Positions 59,301 to 64,000 of a DNA stretch of 64,000 nucleotides are shown here, piece by piece (positions within the stretch are counted from its first letter, which is position 1; each line of letters starts with the position of its first letter). Where the stretch lies: the NCBI GenBank assembly GCA_001179505.1, contig CDMY01000376.1, positions 372,001 to 436,000 on the forward strand. The letters run 5' to 3'. The notes beneath the pieces are model-generated. The model did not search any database. It was given only the letters and a program-made list of their open reading frames with translations, and was not told where the DNA came from. Origin of the DNA: Vitrella brassicaformis CCMP3155 (Eukaryota; Protista; Chromerida). A program made the position numbers and the translations under genes.

Positions 59301-62300
59301 AATCAACGAATCTTGCCTGGTGGGTAACTGCGGGACGCCCACCACATCCATACAACGCACAAACGTCGGCCCTCTCTCTCTGTCTGTGTGTGTGTGCGTG
59401 TGTGGTGTATCAATCAGGGGAGTGCCGTCAAGGCGGCTCACATGGCTGTCAAGCACATCGGCGGCAAGGTCCTCGTCTTCGCATCCACACTACCCACTGT
59501 TGGAGAGGTAGGTACATCCACACACACATACACACACATAAACACGGGGCCTACCATCACACGCACCGCAGACTGGCAGAGGGCGCCCCGGCTTGCACAC
59601 CGCTGTCTGTCTTCTGTATTTCTGTGTGTTGGTGTTGGTGTGTGTGGCTGGATCGGCTGGCTGCAGCTTCAGCTCAAGTACAATCGGTACAAGCCCCCGA
59701 TGCTCAACACCGAGAGGGAGGTGGAGCTGCTCAAACCTGCCGACGAGGAATACAAAGTCAGTCAGCCAGGGCATGCATGAGCACCTTGACCATAGACGCG
59801 CGTGTCATCATCATGGTCGCCGTGTGTCCTTCCTTCATGCCATGCATGCGCTTCAGGCGTTGGCTGTCGAGTTGACGAGGGTGCAGATCAGTGTGGAGCT
59901 CTTCCTCTGCCCAAACCAATACATCGTGAGCGAGCAAGAAAAGGACAAGAAAATACCCAACCCCACACAACACCCACCCACACATGCATGTGTTGTGTGT
60001 AGGACGCCGCGTCCTTGGCGCCGCTGGTAAAGTTCACGGGCGGCGACCTCCACTACTACAGCAACTTCAACGCCTCACAGCAGGGTCAGCGAGCGACCAT
60101 TACACGAATCGAGTGTGTGCCCCATCTATCTACAAACACCCATCCGTCTCTCTCCGTGTGATGTGTCTGCGCCCAGGTGACAAGTTGCGTGAGGAGCTGC
60201 TGCACGTGCTCACGAGGAACATGGGGTCAGTCAGTGAGACAGATGAGACAGACGACAGCATACACACGCGCACTCAGACGGACAACAACATTTGTGCGTG
60301 TGTGTGTGTGTGTGCGTGTGTAGTTGGGAGGCGGTGATGCGCATCCGCGTGTCGCGTGGGTGGAAGATCACCAACTTCTTCGGACACCTCTACATCAGGT
60401 ACACACACTCTCGATTGCAATGCGATGTGTGCACCAGATACACCCAGACAGGCACACACAAGCCAGCCCACCCATTGTGCCGTCTCTCTCTCTCTCTCTC
60501 TCTCTGTATGTGTGCGTGTGTGTTGGTCATGTGTGTATGCCTGTTTGTTAAGGGGGATGGATCTGTTGGTGGTGCCCAACTGCCACAGCGACCAGACCTT
60601 CTCAATTTGCCTCGACCTGGAGGAAAACGTGAGCCACTTGAGAGAGGGAGGAGGACTGTGTGTCGATACATCCATCTTATGTATGACTGACTCAGGTCAT
60701 TCCCGAGCCGATTGTGTGCGTCCAATGCGCCCTGCTCTACACCAACTCTGACGGTAGGTACACACACACACACAGGTGGCTGAACTGGGCTGCCCGGCCC
60801 GCATCGCTCGCATGGGAAGATATCTACATACATTCATATTCGGTCGGGGTGTGTATGTGTGTGTGTCAATCAGGGGAGCGCCGCATCCGTGTGCACACCT
60901 ACTCGATGCCCGTCACACAGAGCTTCCCAGTACGCTACGCTCACACCACCCACACCACCCATCCCATACGCTGGTTGGTTCGTTTTGTTTGTCCAGGAGA
61001 TGATGAACTCGATGGACGCCCAGGCGGCGGCGAGCCTACTCTCCCAACAAGCCGTCGACCAGGTAGGTACACGCACTCACACACTGGCACTTGTATCATA
61101 TGTGTGTGTCTTCATACCATGACATGCCTGTGTTGTGTTGACGTGATCAGGCGTTGAAGGCCAAGTTGGCTGACGCGCGGACGTTTCTGCAGTCGTCGTG
61201 CAGCCAGATCGTGGCCAGTGCGGGGACAGGCACGCAGGGCGGGGAGCCGCTGAGGCTGCTGCCGCTCTACGTCATGGGCATGCTCAAGTCAATCGCATTC
61301 AGGGCTACCAACGACGGTAGGTCCCCTCGGCCGACACACACATTCCATCCCCCCCCCCCCCCCCCCCCCCCCNNNNNNNNNNNNNNNNNNNNNNNNNNNN
61401 NNNNNNNNNNNNNNNNNNNNNNNNNNNNNNNNNNNNNNNNNNNNNNNNNNNNNNNNNNNNNNNNNNNNNNNNNNNNNNNNNNNNNNNNNNNNNNNNNNNN
61501 NNNNNNNNNNNNNNNNNNNNNNNNNNNNNNNNNNNNNNNNNNNNNNNNNNNNNNNNNNNNNNNNNNNNNNNNNNNNNNNNNNNNNNNNNNNNNNNNNNNN
61601 NNNNNNNNNNNNNNNNNNNNNNNNNNNNNNNNNNNNNNNNNNNNNNNNNNNNNNNNNNNNNNNNNNNNNNNNTCCCCCCCCCCCCCCCCTCTCTCTCTGA
61701 GGATATGTGTGTATATGGTGGCCGGGGTGTTTGTGTGGTTGTGTTGTGTGGACTGACTGCAGTTCACCCCGACCAGCGTGTGTTCAGTTGGCTGCGTCTG
61801 GAGTCGCTGCCTGTGGACATGCAGGCGTCCTTCTTCTACCCGCGGATGGTCGCGCTGCACAACCTCGACCACACGGCGGGAACCGTCGACGAACAGTAAG
61901 TACAAAGCAAAGCCAGATGGGATGGATGGACCAAATGGATGGATGTGCGTGTGTCTGTGTGTGTGTGTCTGTCAGGGACCAGGTGCAGTTGCCTGCGCCG
62001 ATGAATCTCACAAGCGAGGGCATGAGCCAGGTAGGCACACCTGCTGGCATAGCTATAAGTGACACAAAGTGCTTGTGTGGTGTTGTTCAGGACGGTGCGT
62101 TCCTGATGGAGGACGGCGAGATGATGATGATGTGGATCGGCAGGTACACACACACACACACACACACAAACACTCCACTCTGCCATGCCATCCATACGTC
62201 GCATCCGATCCTCCCTCCGTCGTGTGTATCTGTGTGTCCGCTGTCCTGTCAGGTCGATAAGTCTGAATTTCCTCTACTCTGTGTTTGGGGTGTCCTCCCT

Positions 62301-62910
62301 CGACCAACTCAACCCTGACGTGGCGGAGACACTCATCGGTCAGTCAGTCAGTACTCTCACATCGACATGATGTCAGGCAGGTCCTGTGTGCTGTGTTATG
62401 TTGTGATTTGATTATTGTGACGCGTAGGCACCACTGGTGACCAGTTGTCATCTCGCGTCAACGCCATCATCCAGGCCATCCGGCTGGAGAGGGAGCCACC
62501 GTACATGAAGCTCTACATCATACGACAAGGAGAACCTGCAGAAAACAGGTACACACACGTCAAGGCCACCACACACACACCTGGACGTGACCTGCAGCAA
62601 TGGGTTCGTGCGTGTGTGTGTGTCTGTGTGTGTGTCGTGCCCATCATTCAGATTTTTCTCCAACCTGGTTGAGGATCGGACGCTGGGCCTCCAACTCACC
62701 TACAACGAGTTCCTCAGCAAACTAGGTCAGTCGGTCAGCAGAGCGATCCGATCCACTCATATGGCGAGGCGCTGTGAAAAAAATAACATGTGTGTGGATT
62801 GGATGGATGGTTGGATGGATGGCATGGATGTCTGGACTGGATGGATGCAGGGAGCCGACCCATGGGCGCAGCAGCAGCAGCAGCCCCCACAGCAACGGCC
62901 GGGCCGATGA
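56351..62910 (+). CDS. SEC24: COPII coat cargo-adaptor subunit Sec24 (about 30 exons)
   Basis: P/Q/G-rich N-terminus; zinc finger [15 protein letters not shown]...WVCNLC; trunk [19 protein letters not shown]; [12 protein letters not shown]; GERRIRVHT; [12 protein letters not shown]; gelsolin-like LTSEGMSQ|DGAFLMEDG; LVEDRT...TYNEFL. Confidence 0.97.
61373..61672. other. Assembly gap (300 N) flanked by C homopolymers
   Basis: At least 24 C before the gap and about 16 C after it, inside a Sec24 intron. Confidence 0.99.
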
Positions 62911-64000
62911 GGCAATACTGACCGACACAACAGACCCACTGACCGACTGATGCGAGGCGTGCAGTGCATCAATGGCCGTCATGGCCCCACCCACCCAGCC
63001 ATACATATTCTTCCCCCTCCCTTGCCTTGCACTCTGCCTCTCTTGCCTACTGACTGACTGACTGACTGACCCCTCTCCCTCTCTCCCTCCCTCTCTGTCT
63101 GACCTCCCGGCCGGCCGCCGGCCATCAATTAAGTAACGCATCCATACGGCGGGCAAACACGCCTGCTCCGCCCGCCACGCCCCGCCCCGCCCCGCACAGC
63201 AAGACAGGAATGGACAGATAGTGAGATCTGTAGCCAGCCAGGCAGTCCAGCTCGTCTGTGGGATGGCTGTGGTATTGCGAGCAATTCGGTGAACTGACTG
63301 CTTGGGGAGGGAGAAGATTCATTGAATCATGAGACGCGATTTTCCGGCCTGCCTGCCTGCCTTCACTCGTGGTATCTATCTATCTACCCTAGTGGATGAA
63401 TGGATGTGTTTGGGTGTTTTCAATGGATGAAGGACGCACAGGTGGATGGATGGATGACTGATGCACAGACGATGTGATAGCTCTGTCGTATGTCTGGACA
63501 CGTGTGCTTGCGTGAAGACGTACGTAATTCAGCAATCAATAAATGGAGGTCAGCTGCTGAGCACCTCCCCTCAGACACACACGCGTGACATCCATTCCAC
63601 CCGTCCATGGCATGGCATGGCATGGACCTGCCTGTCTGTCTGCACACGCCGCCACATGCAATCAATGCAGTCATGCCATGCAAGGTTAGTAAAACAAGCC
63701 ACCTACGTTAATCACTCACCTCTTTGTACACCGCAGCCATACACACACACACACACACACACCCCTATACACCCTTTTCCCGTGTAATTACGATCACACC
63801 CCACCGTCAGTCAGCGATACCAATACCACCTGCCGAACGAGACGAAACTCACTTAGGCACCACCAATATTTACCCGAGTCCCTCTCACGAAGCCTGTTTG
63901 TTTAACCAGTCGATTAATCAATCCCGCCTGCCTCCCCTTCCCGACCACTTACTTCTAACCTAACCAACGACGGGGCTCATGCCGCTCCCAACCTCGCAGC

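Noticed and set aside
63955-63965. CTAACCTAACC near the window end as a telomere
   Set aside because: Only two degenerate units followed by ordinary sequence; insufficient evidence.

Overview
Eukaryotic, GC-rich, intron-dense nuclear DNA. It is most likely the chromerid alga Vitrella brassicaformis; this is inferred from the short microsatellite-filled introns, bipartite secondary-plastid leaders, an apicoplast-type phosphate translocator and a lineage-type orphan ORF. About 18 protein-coding genes were reconstructed by hand across GT-AG introns, mostly as tight head-to-head pairs. In order: a secreted Cys-rich protein (truncated), a fatty-acid hydroxylase/sterol desaturase, HINT, V-ATPase D, a bacterial-type ABM membrane protein, PCF11, a MYND protein, plastid heme oxygenase, an orphan, acetolactate synthase, an RCC1-repeat protein, a plastid TPT, a prolyl-4-hydroxylase-PHD-finger fusion, plastid LepA, an intronless lineage-specific ORF, a FemAB-like (DUF482) protein, a Uup/YfmR ABC-F, a DnaJ, a mitochondrial W-repeat orphan and Sec24. 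There are two 300-N gaps. The most notable observations are: (1) a P4H catalytic domain fused to a PHD finger; (2) a systematic 5'-(AC)n ... (GT)n-3' polarity inside introns, suggesting structure-guided splicing; (3) a recurrent AGCTCGC motif in upstream spacers, replaced by telomere-like repeats in the two spacers lacking it; (4) a helical 'LLxWY' repeat protein; (5) a LisH-like motif in the TPT leader. All family assignments come from motif recognition by eye; no database searches were run.
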